Source: Candidatus Omnitrophota bacterium (GTDB lineage Bacteria; Omnitrophota; Gorgyraeia; Duberdicusellales; 4484-171). From it: a stretch of DNA of 64,000 nucleotides. The notes under the pieces were generated by a model. That model made no database searches, was not told the DNA's origin, and worked only from the letters and a program-made list of their open reading frames with translations. The translations under genes and the position numbers were made by a program. Where the stretch lies: the NCBI GenBank assembly GCA_043820815.1, contig JBDRDJ010000004.1, positions 14,956-78,955 of the forward strand, read 5' to 3'. Positions 8,449 to 17,835 of the stretch are shown one piece after another. Within the stretch, counting starts at the first letter, position 1, and every line of letters starts with the position of its first letter.

Positions 8449-8471
8449 AAAAATCTATAGGAGAAGATGAG

Positions 8472-8936
8472 ATGGGAGAGATAAAGAAAAAGGACAAAAA
8501 ATTTACTTATAAGACAACTGTAATTTGGAATGAGGAAAAGAAAGGGTTTCTTTGTTCACTTGGCAAGCAGACTATTGAAATAGCTGCACCTCCGGAATTT
8601 AAAGGGCATGAAGGAATATGGACACCCGAGGACCTATTCGTTGCCTCAGTTAACGCCTGCATTGAAACCACTTTTTTGCACTATGCACAAAGAGACAACT
8701 TCGAATTCCTGAGTTATGAAAGCGAGGCAGAAGGAATTTTGGAAAGAATTGAGAATCAATTTATATTCTCTGAGATTAAGGTTTGGCCAGAAATTGTAGT
8801 TGCTTCGAATAGCCATATCGAGAAAGCAAAAGAGCTTATAGAGCTTGCTGAAAAGAATTGCCTCATATCTAATTCTATAGTATCTAAAATTACCATTTAT
8901 CCTGATATAAAGGTTAAGCCTTTAGGAGACAAATGA
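8472..8936 (+). CDS. OsmC/Ohr-family protein
   Basis: WTPEDLFVASVNACIETTF and AEKNCLISNS motifs. Confidence 0.75.
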   Translation: MGEIKKKDKKFTYKTTVIWNEEKKGFLCSLGKQTIEIAAPPEFKGHEGIWTPEDLFVASVNACIETTFLHYAQRDNFEFLSYESEAEGILERIENQFIFSEIKVWPEIVVASNSHIEKAKELIELAEKNCLISNSIVSKITIYPDIKVKPLGDK

Positions 8937-8937
8937 A

Positions 8938-9000
8938 ATGCCGATGATGGAAATTAGTATAGTTCCTTTGGGTACCAAGACAGCGTCGGTCAGTAAATAG
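8938..9000 (+). pseudogene. 20-codon remnant resembling the N-terminus of an MTH1187/YkoF (DUF77) family protein
   Basis: MPMMEISIVPLGTKTASVSK* matches the family's start (…isv.PlGt…svs.yv) then stops. Confidence 0.35.
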
Positions 9001-9027
9001 GTATAAGAAGATAAAAGGGATATAAAA

Positions 9028-9339
9028 GTGGCTGATTTTAAGGAAATTGATAGTGCCCGTAAAATATTGGGTTTAGATGAATGCGCTAACTTAGAGGAAA
9101 TAACAAAAAACTATCGAGCGCTCGCGCTCAAGTACCATCCGGATAGATGTAAGGGGAAACATAAAAAAGAATGTGAAGAAATGTTTAAGAAGATATCCCA
9201 TGCCAAAAATATTTTGGGTAATTATTGTGCCGGATATAGGTATTCTTTTAAAGAAAAAGATGTGAAACGAAATTCTTATGATAAGGATTTTTATAAGCAT
9301 CTGCAGAAATTTTACGATGGCTGGTGGGGAGAAATTTAA
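9028..9339 (+). CDS. J-domain protein
   Basis: YRALALKYHPDR (HPD motif); GTG start. Confidence 0.75.
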   Translation: MADFKEIDSARKILGLDECANLEEITKNYRALALKYHPDRCKGKHKKECEEMFKKISHAKNILGNYCAGYRYSFKEKDVKRNSYDKDFYKHLQKFYDGWWGEI

Positions 9340-9345
9340 ACAGGA

Positions 9346-9966
9346 ATGAATGTATTTGACCGTTATTATAGAAAGTATGACGCTTGGTATGATTCAAATA
9401 AGTTTGCTTATTTATCGGAACTGGAGGCTTTAAAAAGAGTTTTACCAAAGTTTGGTAAAGGGTTAGAGATTGGCGTTGGTACCGGCCGGTTTGCTCATCC
9501 CCTAGGTATTACCTTAGGAATTGACCCTTCCCTTGAGATGTTAAGAATTGCTTCCCAGCGCGGAGTAAATACACGCTGGGGCTTTGGTGAAGACCTGCCT
9601 TTTTTGCATGAAACTTTTAATTATGTGGTAATAGTTATTAGTTTGTGTTTTGTAAAGAATTCTTTAAAAGTCTTGCAAGAATCCCACAGAGTTTTAAAGA
9701 AAAACAGTAAACTCATTATTGGTATTGTTGATAGAGAAAGTTTTTTAGGCAGATTTTATCAGCAGAAGAAAAGTATATTCTACAAAAAGGCTAAGTTGTT
9801 TAGCGTGAAAGAATTAACCAAATTGCTTAGCAATTTAGATTTTAAACGAATCAGCTATTGGCAGACACTATTTGATTTGCCCGAAAAAATCAATTCTGTC
9901 CAAAATCCGCGTAAAGGATTTGGTGAAGGCGGATTTGTAGTAATATCAGGAGAAAAGGCAAAATGA
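9346..9966 (+). CDS. Class I SAM-dependent methyltransferase
   Basis: LEIGVGTGRF motif I; Methyltransf_11-like layout. Confidence 0.75.
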   Translation: MNVFDRYYRKYDAWYDSNKFAYLSELEALKRVLPKFGKGLEIGVGTGRFAHPLGITLGIDPSLEMLRIASQRGVNTRWGFGEDLPFLHETFNYVVIVISLCFVKNSLKVLQESHRVLKKNSKLIIGIVDRESFLGRFYQQKKSIFYKKAKLFSVKELTKLLSNLDFKRISYWQTLFDLPEKINSVQNPRKGFGEGGFVVISGEKAK

Positions 9967-10057
9967 AGAAAGTTTACAAAAAAATTTTCTAAGGCTAAGA
10001 AATTAAAAACTATATTTGTTATTCGTTGATTATTAAGTATACGAAGGTTGCAAAATT

Positions 10058-10297
10058 ATGTTAGCAAAAATTTCTTTAGTTGATATGAAAACAGGTGAAG
10101 AAGGAATAATTATAGATATTTCTGGCGGAAGAGGAGTGTATAACCGGTTAAAGTCTATGGGGATTAGGTTAGGCGTAAAAATCGCCAGGGTTAATTCAGG
10201 TTTTGGCCGCGGCCCGGTTGTTTTGAGGGTAGGGCGCACTCAAACAGCTTTAGGTTTTGGCGTTGCTCATAAGATTATTATAGAGGTAAAACGGTGA
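10058..10297 (+). CDS. feoA: Ferrous iron transport protein A
   Basis: 79 aa; LVDMKTGEEGIIIDISGG…RLKSMGIRLGVKI SH3-like FeoA pattern; directly precedes feoB. Confidence 0.8.
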   Translation: MLAKISLVDMKTGEEGIIIDISGGRGVYNRLKSMGIRLGVKIARVNSGFGRGPVVLRVGRTQTALGFGVAHKIIIEVKR

Positions 10298-12002
10298 GAA
10301 AAGTTTTATTAATGGGTAATCCTAATGTAGGTAAAAGCGCATTATTTTCCCGTCTTACCGGCATACATGTCGTTGCCGCAAATTATCCCGGCACTACAGT
10401 TGAGTTTACTCAAGGCGCGGTGAAGATAGGCGGGGAAAAAGCGATTCTTATAGATGTTCCCGGAACCTATGGCTTGGAAGCGAACTCTAAAGCGGAAGAG
10501 ATCGCCGTGGAGATGATTAAAAGCGGCGATTTAGTCATCAACGTGGTGGATGCTACTAATCTGGAAAGAAACCTCCATTTTACCTTGCATCTTCTGGAAC
10601 AGGATATACCGGTTATTGTTGCCCTTAATGTTTGGGATGAGGCTAAGCATAAAGGTATTGATATTGACGTAAGAAAGCTGGAGGAACTTTTGGGGGTTCC
10701 GGTGGTCCCTACGGTAGCGGTCAGCGGCGAAGGAATCAAGGAACTTATTTCACGGATTCCCGAAGCTGTTAATCCTAAAATTGCCCAGAGCAGCGAAGAG
10801 CAAAGATGGGTAGAGGTAGGCAGGGTTATCGGCGCGGTTCAATCTTTGAACCGCCGCCATCATACTTTGCTGGAAATTGTCGGTGATGCCTCAGTCAATC
10901 ACGCCATTGGTATTCCCATTGCTGTTATGGTTATGTTTGCAGCCTTTAAGATAATCCGTTTTATCGGCGAGGCCTTAATCAGCGGTGTATTTGAGCCGCT
11001 TTTTGAGAATTTGTGGAAGCCGTTATTAATGAAATTGAGCGACCTGCTTTTGCCGGGGAGTTTTTTCATTCGGTTATAATCGGTAAATTAATCGGGGGAG
11101 AAATTGATTTTATCCAGTCTTTCGGGCTGCTTACTACCGGCCTTTTTGTGCCCATAGGAATGGTTTTACCTTATATTTTCGCGTTTTATCTTGTTTTAGG
11201 ATTTTTAGAGGATTTTGGTTATTTGCCGCGTCTGGCCACCTTGCTAGATAATCTTTTTCATAAAATGGGCCTGCATGGCTGGGCGGTTATTCCCAATCTT
11301 TTAGGCCTGGGGTGTAATGTTCCGGGAATTATGGCTACACGGATTTTAGAAAGCCGCAGAGAACGGTTGATTGCGGCAACAATTATTTCTATCGGTGTAC
11401 CATGTGCCGCTCTTCAGGCGATGATTTGGGGGTTAGTGGGCAAACAGGGCGGTATATATGTGGGGATTGTCTATCTTACCCTGTTTATAGCATGGGTTAT
11501 TATTGGCCGGATATTAAATATAGTTTTCAAAGGGGAGAGCCCGGCGTTGATAATGGAAGTTCCGCCTTACCGGTTACCCTCTTTGCAAACAGTAAGCAAG
11601 AAGCTCTGGATGAGGTTGATAGGGTTTTTAAAAGAGGCCATTCCAATAGTTTTATTAGGAGTTTTAGCTATAAATATTCTTTATTCATTGAAAGTGTTTG
11701 ATGTTATGGCTGATTTCTTTGCGCCGGTTATTACCAATCTGTTCGGCCTGCCTAAAGAGGCGGTTGCCGCGATAGTGATCGGATTTCTTCGTAAAGATAT
11801 AGCCATAGGTATGCTGGGAACATTGAGTTTAAGCGCTAAACAGCTCGTCGTTGCTTCAACGGTTTTGGCAATGTTTTTCCCCTGTATCGCTACTTTTACG
11901 ATACTGTTTAAGGAATTAGGCTTAAAGGATACTTTTAAAAGTATTATAATTATGATTTTAAGCAGTTTACTTGCGGGTGGAATATTAAATTTTCTTTTGT
12001 GA
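10294..12002 (+). CDS. feoB: Ferrous iron transporter FeoB, reading frame broken by a 1-nt deletion in a T-run
   Basis: G-domain LMGNPNVGKS in ORF 10294-11079; membrane domain (GYLPRLATLLD, GCNVPG) in ORF 11013-12002. Frames join as …LLLPGSFF/HSVIIGKL… if the T6 run at 11061-11066 were T7. Confidence 0.85.
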
Positions 12003-12052
12003 TTACGTTCTGCATATTAACCGCCAGCGATAAATTAACAAGGAGGTGCAAG

Positions 12053-12967
12053 ATGCATATTCCCAATGGTATGTTGCAAGGAACGATTTGTCCGGTCACC
12101 GCGGTAATTAGTACAGTAGGTATAGGGTTGGCTGCTTTTAAGGCTTTTTTTTCTGAGCATAAACCTGCCGCGGGAAAATTCGCGGCGATTACGGCATTAA
12201 TTTTTGCCGGACAGATGATGAATTTTCCAATTAACGGAGGAACCAGCGGCCATTTGCTTGGCGGCGTAATGGCGGCAGCTTTATTAGGCATCCCTTTCGG
12301 GGTTTTATCTATGGCATTAGTCGTAACAATTCAATGTTTAGTTTTTTCGGATGGCGGATCCATGGCGTTAGGAGCTAATGTGCTGAATATGGCTATAATC
12401 GGAGCAGGCTTCGGCGGAATTGTTCAAGCTTATTTTAAAAGGTTTCAATCGAATTCTTCTTATCAGGCTTTAGGTTTAGGGATTAGTGCTTGGTTAGCAG
12501 TTATGATGGCGGCTTTAGCTTGTAGTGTTGAGTTATCTTTATCGGGAGTAATTCCTTTTTTTAAAGTGACAGGAGCAATGCTCAGCACTCATGCTTTCAT
12601 TGGTATCGGGGAAGGATTAATTACCGCGGTGGTATGTTTTGTTTTATCCTCGGAATTAGTGAATAATTCTCAAAAAAAATCTGTAACGGTACCATTAGTT
12701 ACTTCAAGTATTATTGCAACTATTTTAAGCCCTTTTGCGAGTGGATTACCTGACGGATTAGAGTGGGTTGCGGAGAAATTTAATTTTTTTCGTGAATCAG
12801 CACCGACTTTTGTGAATCCATTACCTGGCTATACTGTTCCCGTAATTAGCAATGAGATAATAACTACATCTTTGACGGGCTTGGCAGGAATAGTTATCAC
12901 TTTCTTATGTGCGTGGTTAATGATTGGTTTATTGAGCAGGCCGGCGAGTATATTAGAACGAAATTAA
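12053..12967 (+). CDS. cbiM: CbiM/NikM-type metal (Co/Ni) transporter component fused to a PDGLE domain
   Basis: AAGGAGG RBS; N-terminal MHIPNGML, GGTSGHLLGG, C-terminal LPDGLEWV. Confidence 0.75.
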   Translation: MHIPNGMLQGTICPVTAVISTVGIGLAAFKAFFSEHKPAAGKFAAITALIFAGQMMNFPINGGTSGHLLGGVMAAALLGIPFGVLSMALVVTIQCLVFSDGGSMALGANVLNMAIIGAGFGGIVQAYFKRFQSNSSYQALGLGISAWLAVMMAALACSVELSLSGVIPFFKVTGAMLSTHAFIGIGEGLITAVVCFVLSSELVNNSQKKSVTVPLVTSSIIATILSPFASGLPDGLEWVAEKFNFFRESAPTFVNPLPGYTVPVISNEIITTSLTGLAGIVITFLCAWLMIGLLSRPASILERN

Positions 12968-13159
12968 GCAGGAAAGACAATTAGCATGGTGTCTAGTTTT
13001 AGTAATTAGACCCCCCGCCTCCCTATAAAATCTTTCTACACCCGCCACGAGAAATATGATATAATTAGTCGAATTAATCCTGAGGAACGAAGTGACGAAG
13101 GAGATAAGGCATCTCGGCCTAACGGCCTCGATGCCGAAATTCTTTCTTTGAAAGAATTT

Positions 13160-13235
13160 CGGGGGGTGGCGCAGCTTGGATTAGCGCACTTGAATGGGGT
13201 TCAAGGGGCCGCGGGTTCAAATCCCGCCCTCCCGA
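13160..13235 (+). tRNA. tRNA-Pro(GGG)
   Basis: C1:G72 acceptor CGGGGGG/CCTCCCG, anticodon stem CTTGA/TCAAG, loop AT-GGG-GT, T-arm GCGGG-TTCAAAT-CCCGC. Confidence 0.8.
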
Positions 13236-13317
13236 TGTTGATTGAAAGGTTTTATTTTTTAAGCAGGGTTGAGGGTTGATAGAAAGTGTATAAGTCACGT
13301 GCTCATTGAAAGATTAA

Positions 13318-13426
13318 CCTGAATAAGATACTTCGCCCGCCTGTGGCGGACTCAGTATCAATTCGCACAGCGGTTTATGTTCGCTCATTTCATTCACTCC
13401 ATAAACCGCGTGCTCATTGAAGGAGG
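13318..13426 (+). promoter_or_regulatory. Repeated two-hairpin 5' leader, copy A (ends in the RBS of the PilZ gene)
   Basis: AACCTgaATAAGATACTTCGcCCGCCTGTGGCGGACTCAGTATCAATTCG-[hairpin]-CTCATTGAAGGAGG; near-identical to 20148-20257. Confidence 0.7.
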
Positions 13427-13437
13427 TATGGTTAGAT

Positions 13438-13794
13438 ATGGGTGAAAAGTTTATGGGACATGAGAGGAGAAGACATTCGCGCTTGATAGCAAGTTTTGTA
13501 GTCAGCTACCGGATAAAAGAAATTCCCAACAATAGTGATTTAACCCAGACAAAGAATGTAGGCCAGGGGGGGTTGTTGTTAACAACCAATAAAAAGTTTG
13601 ATAAAGGAACCCTCCTGGCGGTTACGATCCGTTTCCCATTTGCTCCTCAAAAGATTGAGCTGACCGGAAGAGTAATTGAATCAAAGGAAGTAGCCAGAGA
13701 CTTAATCTATGAAACAAGAATGTGTTTTCTTGATTCGGATGAAGATTTCTTCCGCCAATTAGGTAAATTTGTCGAAACCCGTCTGAAAAGATGA
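13438..13794 (+). CDS. PilZ domain protein (c-di-GMP receptor family)
   Basis: RRRHSR (RxxxR) and NVGQGGLLL (D/NxSxxG-like) motifs; first in-frame ATG after the GAAGGAGG RBS. Confidence 0.7.
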   Translation: MGEKFMGHERRRHSRLIASFVVSYRIKEIPNNSDLTQTKNVGQGGLLLTTNKKFDKGTLLAVTIRFPFAPQKIELTGRVIESKEVARDLIYETRMCFLDSDEDFFRQLGKFVETRLKR

Positions 13795-15059
13795 TTACCA
13801 GAGTAGGTATAATAGGGCTTGGTAATGTCGGAGAAGCTACGCTTAAGCTTTTAAAGAAAAGCTCTTCTTTAATTGCCCACCGGACATCTCTTAAAATAGA
13901 CGTAAAGGGAATCTGCGATTCTCAGTCCAGCAAACGCAGGCTTTCATCGAAATTTTCGACTTTTTTTACAACAAACCCTTATGATTTAATTAATGACCCA
14001 AAGATTGATGTTATTGTTGAGTTAATCGGAGGTATAGACCCCGCCCGGAAAATTATAATTGAATCTCTAAAGAAACAAAAAAATGTTGTAACGGCAAACA
14101 AGGCTTTACTTGCCCAATCGGGAAATGAGATTTTCTCTTTAGCAGAAAGCAAACAGCGGCGCGTAGGATTTGAGGCCTCGGTTTGCGGAGCGATACCTTT
14201 AATAAAAAGTATTTCCGAAGGTTTAGTCGGCTGCGAAGTGCGAAATCTTTACGGCATAGTTAACGGCACAACGAATTACATTTTATACCAGATGGGGAAA
14301 GCCCATATTGATTTTGCATCTGCTTTAGCTGACGCTAAACTGCACGGTTTTGCCGAAAGAAAAGCTTCTTTTGATATCGAGGGCATTGATTCTCTGCATA
14401 AACTTTGCATTCTTTGTTATCTTTGTTTTGGCGTATGGCCTAAACCCGATAAGATATATACAGAAGGCATATCTAAGATATCCCTGCTCGATATTATTTA
14501 TACCCGCCAGCTTAACTATAGGATAAAGCTTTTGGCGTTAGCTAAAAAGGAGAAAAATACTTTAGACATTAGGGTTCACCCGGCTTTAGTTCCGGTTTCA
14601 CACCCGTTTTCCCAGACCACTCTTGCCTACAATGCTGTTTACCTTGATACTTACCCTGCCGGTAACCTTCTTTTTTACGGACAGGGGGCCGGCGGCACGG
14701 CCACTTCATCTTCCGTTGTTTCCGATATCGTCAATGTCTCGTTTAATACCAGAGGTTTTTCCCGTAAACAGGAGAATTTTTCATTTAAAAATATCAAAGC
14801 CACAAGTTCGCGTTACTATATAAGATTAATGGCGAAAGACCGCCCGGGAGTTCTGGCTATGATATCAAGGGTTCTTGCGTCATTAAATATAAGTATTGCT
14901 TCTGTGAGCCAAAAGGAAAGGAATAAAGAGCAATTCGTTCCGATTGTAATGATTACTCATGAAGCCAAGGAAGAAAGTGTAAAAAAGGCCCTGTCTAAAA
15001 TAGATTCTTCTTCTCTTATCAAAAACCCTACACAGCTAATACGCATAGAGGACCTGTAA
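13791..15059 (+). CDS. hom: Homoserine dehydrogenase
   Basis: GLGNVG Rossmann start, NGTTNYIL motif, C-terminal ACT-like region. Confidence 0.9.
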   Translation: MITRVGIIGLGNVGEATLKLLKKSSSLIAHRTSLKIDVKGICDSQSSKRRLSSKFSTFFTTNPYDLINDPKIDVIVELIGGIDPARKIIIESLKKQKNVVTANKALLAQSGNEIFSLAESKQRRVGFEASVCGAIPLIKSISEGLVGCEVRNLYGIVNGTTNYILYQMGKAHIDFASALADAKLHGFAERKASFDIEGIDSLHKLCILCYLCFGVWPKPDKIYTEGISKISLLDIIYTRQLNYRIKLLALAKKEKNTLDIRVHPALVPVSHPFSQTTLAYNAVYLDTYPAGNLLFYGQGAGGTATSSSVVSDIVNVSFNTRGFSRKQENFSFKNIKATSSRYYIRLMAKDRPGVLAMISRVLASLNISIASVSQKERNKEQFVPIVMITHEAKEESVKKALSKIDSSSLIKNPTQLIRIEDL

Positions 15060-15064
15060 ATATA

Positions 15065-16138
15065 ATGAAGATTAATGAATATAAAGGTGTAATTCATAGA
15101 TATTCTAAATATCTTCCTGTGGGAAGTAAAACTCCCGTAATCACTCTTAACGAAGGCAATACCCCATTGCTGTATGCCTGTGATGTATCTGCATTTCTTG
15201 GCAAACACGTAAGAGTATACCTTAAATACGAGGGTTTAAACCCAACGAGTTCATTTAAAGACAGAGGAATGACTATGGCAATCTCGAAAGCAATTGAGCA
15301 GAAGGCTGTGGCAGTTATATGTGCTTCAACCGGCAACACCTCAGCTTCTGCGGCGGCCTATTCGGCAAGGGCAGGCATAAGATGCATTGTCGTAATTCCT
15401 CAAGGGGCAATCGCTATGGGTAAACTTGCTCAGGCCATGATTCATAACGCAAGAGTAATCGCAGTAAAAGGAAATTTTGATGATGCTCTTAGAATCGTCA
15501 GGGAGATTGCCCAAAGTTATCCTGTGACTTTGGTTAACTCTGTCAACCCCTACCGTATTGAAGGGCAAAAAACCGCCGCTTTTGAAATTTGTGATTATCT
15601 TAAAATGGCCCCTCATTACCACGCCCTGCCCGTGGGCAATGCAGGCAATATAACCGCATACTGGAAAGGGTATAAGGAATATTATGCATACCGTAAAATA
15701 AGCCATTTGCCCCGTATGCTTGGATTTCAGGCAAAAGGGTCAGCGCCCATTGTTAAGGGTTACCCTATAAAGAAGCCGAAAACTATTGCAACCGCTATAA
15801 AGATTGGAAATCCTGCCAGCTGGGAAAATGCCGTTAAGGCAAAAGAAGAATCCCGCGGATTAATTGATGTAGTTACTGACACCCAGATCGTTGCCGCATA
15901 TAAATTTCTTGCGCAAAGAGAAGGAGTTTTTGTTGAACCGGCCTCAGCCGCGTCGGTTGCAGGCCTGTTTATGCTTAAGGAAAAAGGATTTTTCTCTGCC
16001 TTAAAGAAACAAGTAGTCATTACTTGTACGCTTACCGGCCACGGCCTTAAAGATCCGCAAATAGCCATAAATAATGTAGTCTCCCCTCCGGTTGTAAAAG
16101 CCAATTTAAAAGATGTTGTCAAAGCGGCAAAGATTTAA
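15065..16138 (+). CDS. thrC: Threonine synthase
   Basis: NPTSSFKDRGM PLP-lysine motif; follows hom. Confidence 0.9.
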   Translation: MKINEYKGVIHRYSKYLPVGSKTPVITLNEGNTPLLYACDVSAFLGKHVRVYLKYEGLNPTSSFKDRGMTMAISKAIEQKAVAVICASTGNTSASAAAYSARAGIRCIVVIPQGAIAMGKLAQAMIHNARVIAVKGNFDDALRIVREIAQSYPVTLVNSVNPYRIEGQKTAAFEICDYLKMAPHYHALPVGNAGNITAYWKGYKEYYAYRKISHLPRMLGFQAKGSAPIVKGYPIKKPKTIATAIKIGNPASWENAVKAKEESRGLIDVVTDTQIVAAYKFLAQREGVFVEPASAASVAGLFMLKEKGFFSALKKQVVITCTLTGHGLKDPQIAINNVVSPPVVKANLKDVVKAAKI

Positions 16139-16170
16139 ATAACATAGCCAGATAAGAGCCAGATAAGATT

Positions 16171-17772
16171 ATGGAAGGTTTCAGCCAGAAACTCTCAAAG
16201 TTATTGCAGAAGGCAGTAAAGGAAGAATTCAATATTGAGGTATGCCCTCCTTATTGGGAGCTTCCCTCTAAGCAGGAGTTTGGTGATTTATCAACGGCCG
16301 CAGCATTACGCTTGGCTTCAACCTTGAAGAAACCGCCGATGGAGATAGCCGAACGTATTAAAGGTTTTCTAAAAGAAGAATCCGGCTCTGACATAAGCAA
16401 GGTAGAGGTGTTGAAGCCGGGGTTTATAAACGTTTTTATTTCTAATCAAACTTTAATTAATTTCTTAAACGATCTTTTAAGAGATAAGGATAGTTTTTTC
16501 CGGAAGAATATCAAAAGAAAGATTATTATAGAATTCTGCAGTGCTAACCCTACAGGCCCGCTTTCTATCGCTCACGGACGCCAGGCAGTGATCGGTGATA
16601 CAATAGCAAACATCCTTGATTTTTTCGGAAATGAGGTAGAAAGAGAATATTACATAAACGATGCCGGAAGGCAGATAGATTTACTGATGTCTTCAGTCGA
16701 GGCATGGCTTAATGTTAAAGACGGCCAAGAACCGGATATACCCGAAGGCGGATACAAAGGAGACTATATAAAATCAATTGCCGGCAGCTACCTTAACAAC
16801 AAAAAAAAGGAAAACTTAAAGGAATTTGTGCTTTCATTTGTGCTTAACCTTATCAAGAAAGACCTTTCTGATTTAGGGGTATCTTTTAAAAATTGGGTAA
16901 GCCAGAGCAATATTATAAATGGAGGTTTTGTTGAAGGGGCAATTGAGCATCTTAACAAAAAAGGCTTATTATACGAGGAAGAAGGGGCTCTTTGGTTTTT
17001 ATCAACCGAAGCCGGCGATGATAAGAACAGAGTTATCAAAAAAAATGACGGAGAGCTTACGTATTTTGCTTCGGATATAGCTTACCATATAGACAAGCTA
17101 AAGCGCGGGCCTTCTCAGTTAATAAATTTATGGGGACCTGATCACCACGGTTACATAGGCCGTGTTAAGGCGGCCATAGAAGCCTTAGGTTACCAGCGTG
17201 ATATTTTGCAGATTATTATAATACAGCTTGTCAGCCTTAAAACCAAAGAGCGGATGTCCCGCAGGAAGGGTACAGCTTTACTTTTGTCTGACCTGGTAAG
17301 TGATGTAGGAAAAGACGCGGCAAGATTTTACTATCTTACAAGGCGCAATTCTTCACATCTTGAGTTTGATATAGACTTGGCAAAAGAATCATCGGTGAAC
17401 AACCCTCTTTATTACATACAGTATGCATGTGCCAGAATAGAAAGTATTTTCAAGAAAGCGGATATATTGGATTATAAACCGGATTTTAAATCTAACGAAT
17501 TTATTAAGGATGAAGAGGAATTGGTTCTTTTACGCACCTTAATGCAATTTTATTATTGTTTAGAAAAATCCTATTATTCCTATGAGCCTGTTTTTATAGT
17601 GGATTATTTAAAAAGCCTTGCCGGGAGCCTCCATAAATTTTATGAACGCAAGAAAGTCCTCGGAGAAAAAAAAGAGGTTACTTATGCAAGGCTTAACCTT
17701 TTGTGCGCGACAAAAATAGTATTGCAATGTGCTTTAAATATCCTAGGTATTACCCCTGCCCGGCAGATGTGA
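16171..17772 (+). CDS. argS: Arginine--tRNA ligase
   Basis: SANPTGPLSIAHGR (HIGH region), MSRRKG, C-terminal …ARQM. Confidence 0.9.
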   Translation: MEGFSQKLSKLLQKAVKEEFNIEVCPPYWELPSKQEFGDLSTAAALRLASTLKKPPMEIAERIKGFLKEESGSDISKVEVLKPGFINVFISNQTLINFLNDLLRDKDSFFRKNIKRKIIIEFCSANPTGPLSIAHGRQAVIGDTIANILDFFGNEVEREYYINDAGRQIDLLMSSVEAWLNVKDGQEPDIPEGGYKGDYIKSIAGSYLNNKKKENLKEFVLSFVLNLIKKDLSDLGVSFKNWVSQSNIINGGFVEGAIEHLNKKGLLYEEEGALWFLSTEAGDDKNRVIKKNDGELTYFASDIAYHIDKLKRGPSQLINLWGPDHHGYIGRVKAAIEALGYQRDILQIIIIQLVSLKTKERMSRRKGTALLLSDLVSDVGKDAARFYYLTRRNSSHLEFDIDLAKESSVNNPLYYIQYACARIESIFKKADILDYKPDFKSNEFIKDEEELVLLRTLMQFYYCLEKSYYSYEPVFIVDYLKSLAGSLHKFYERKKVLGEKKEVTYARLNLLCATKIVLQCALNILGITPARQM

Positions 17773-17835
17773 TTATTAAGCCTGCATAAGCCCAGCACAT
17801 ATTTCGCGTGAAAAGGAGCGCTGTTTTCAATAATT

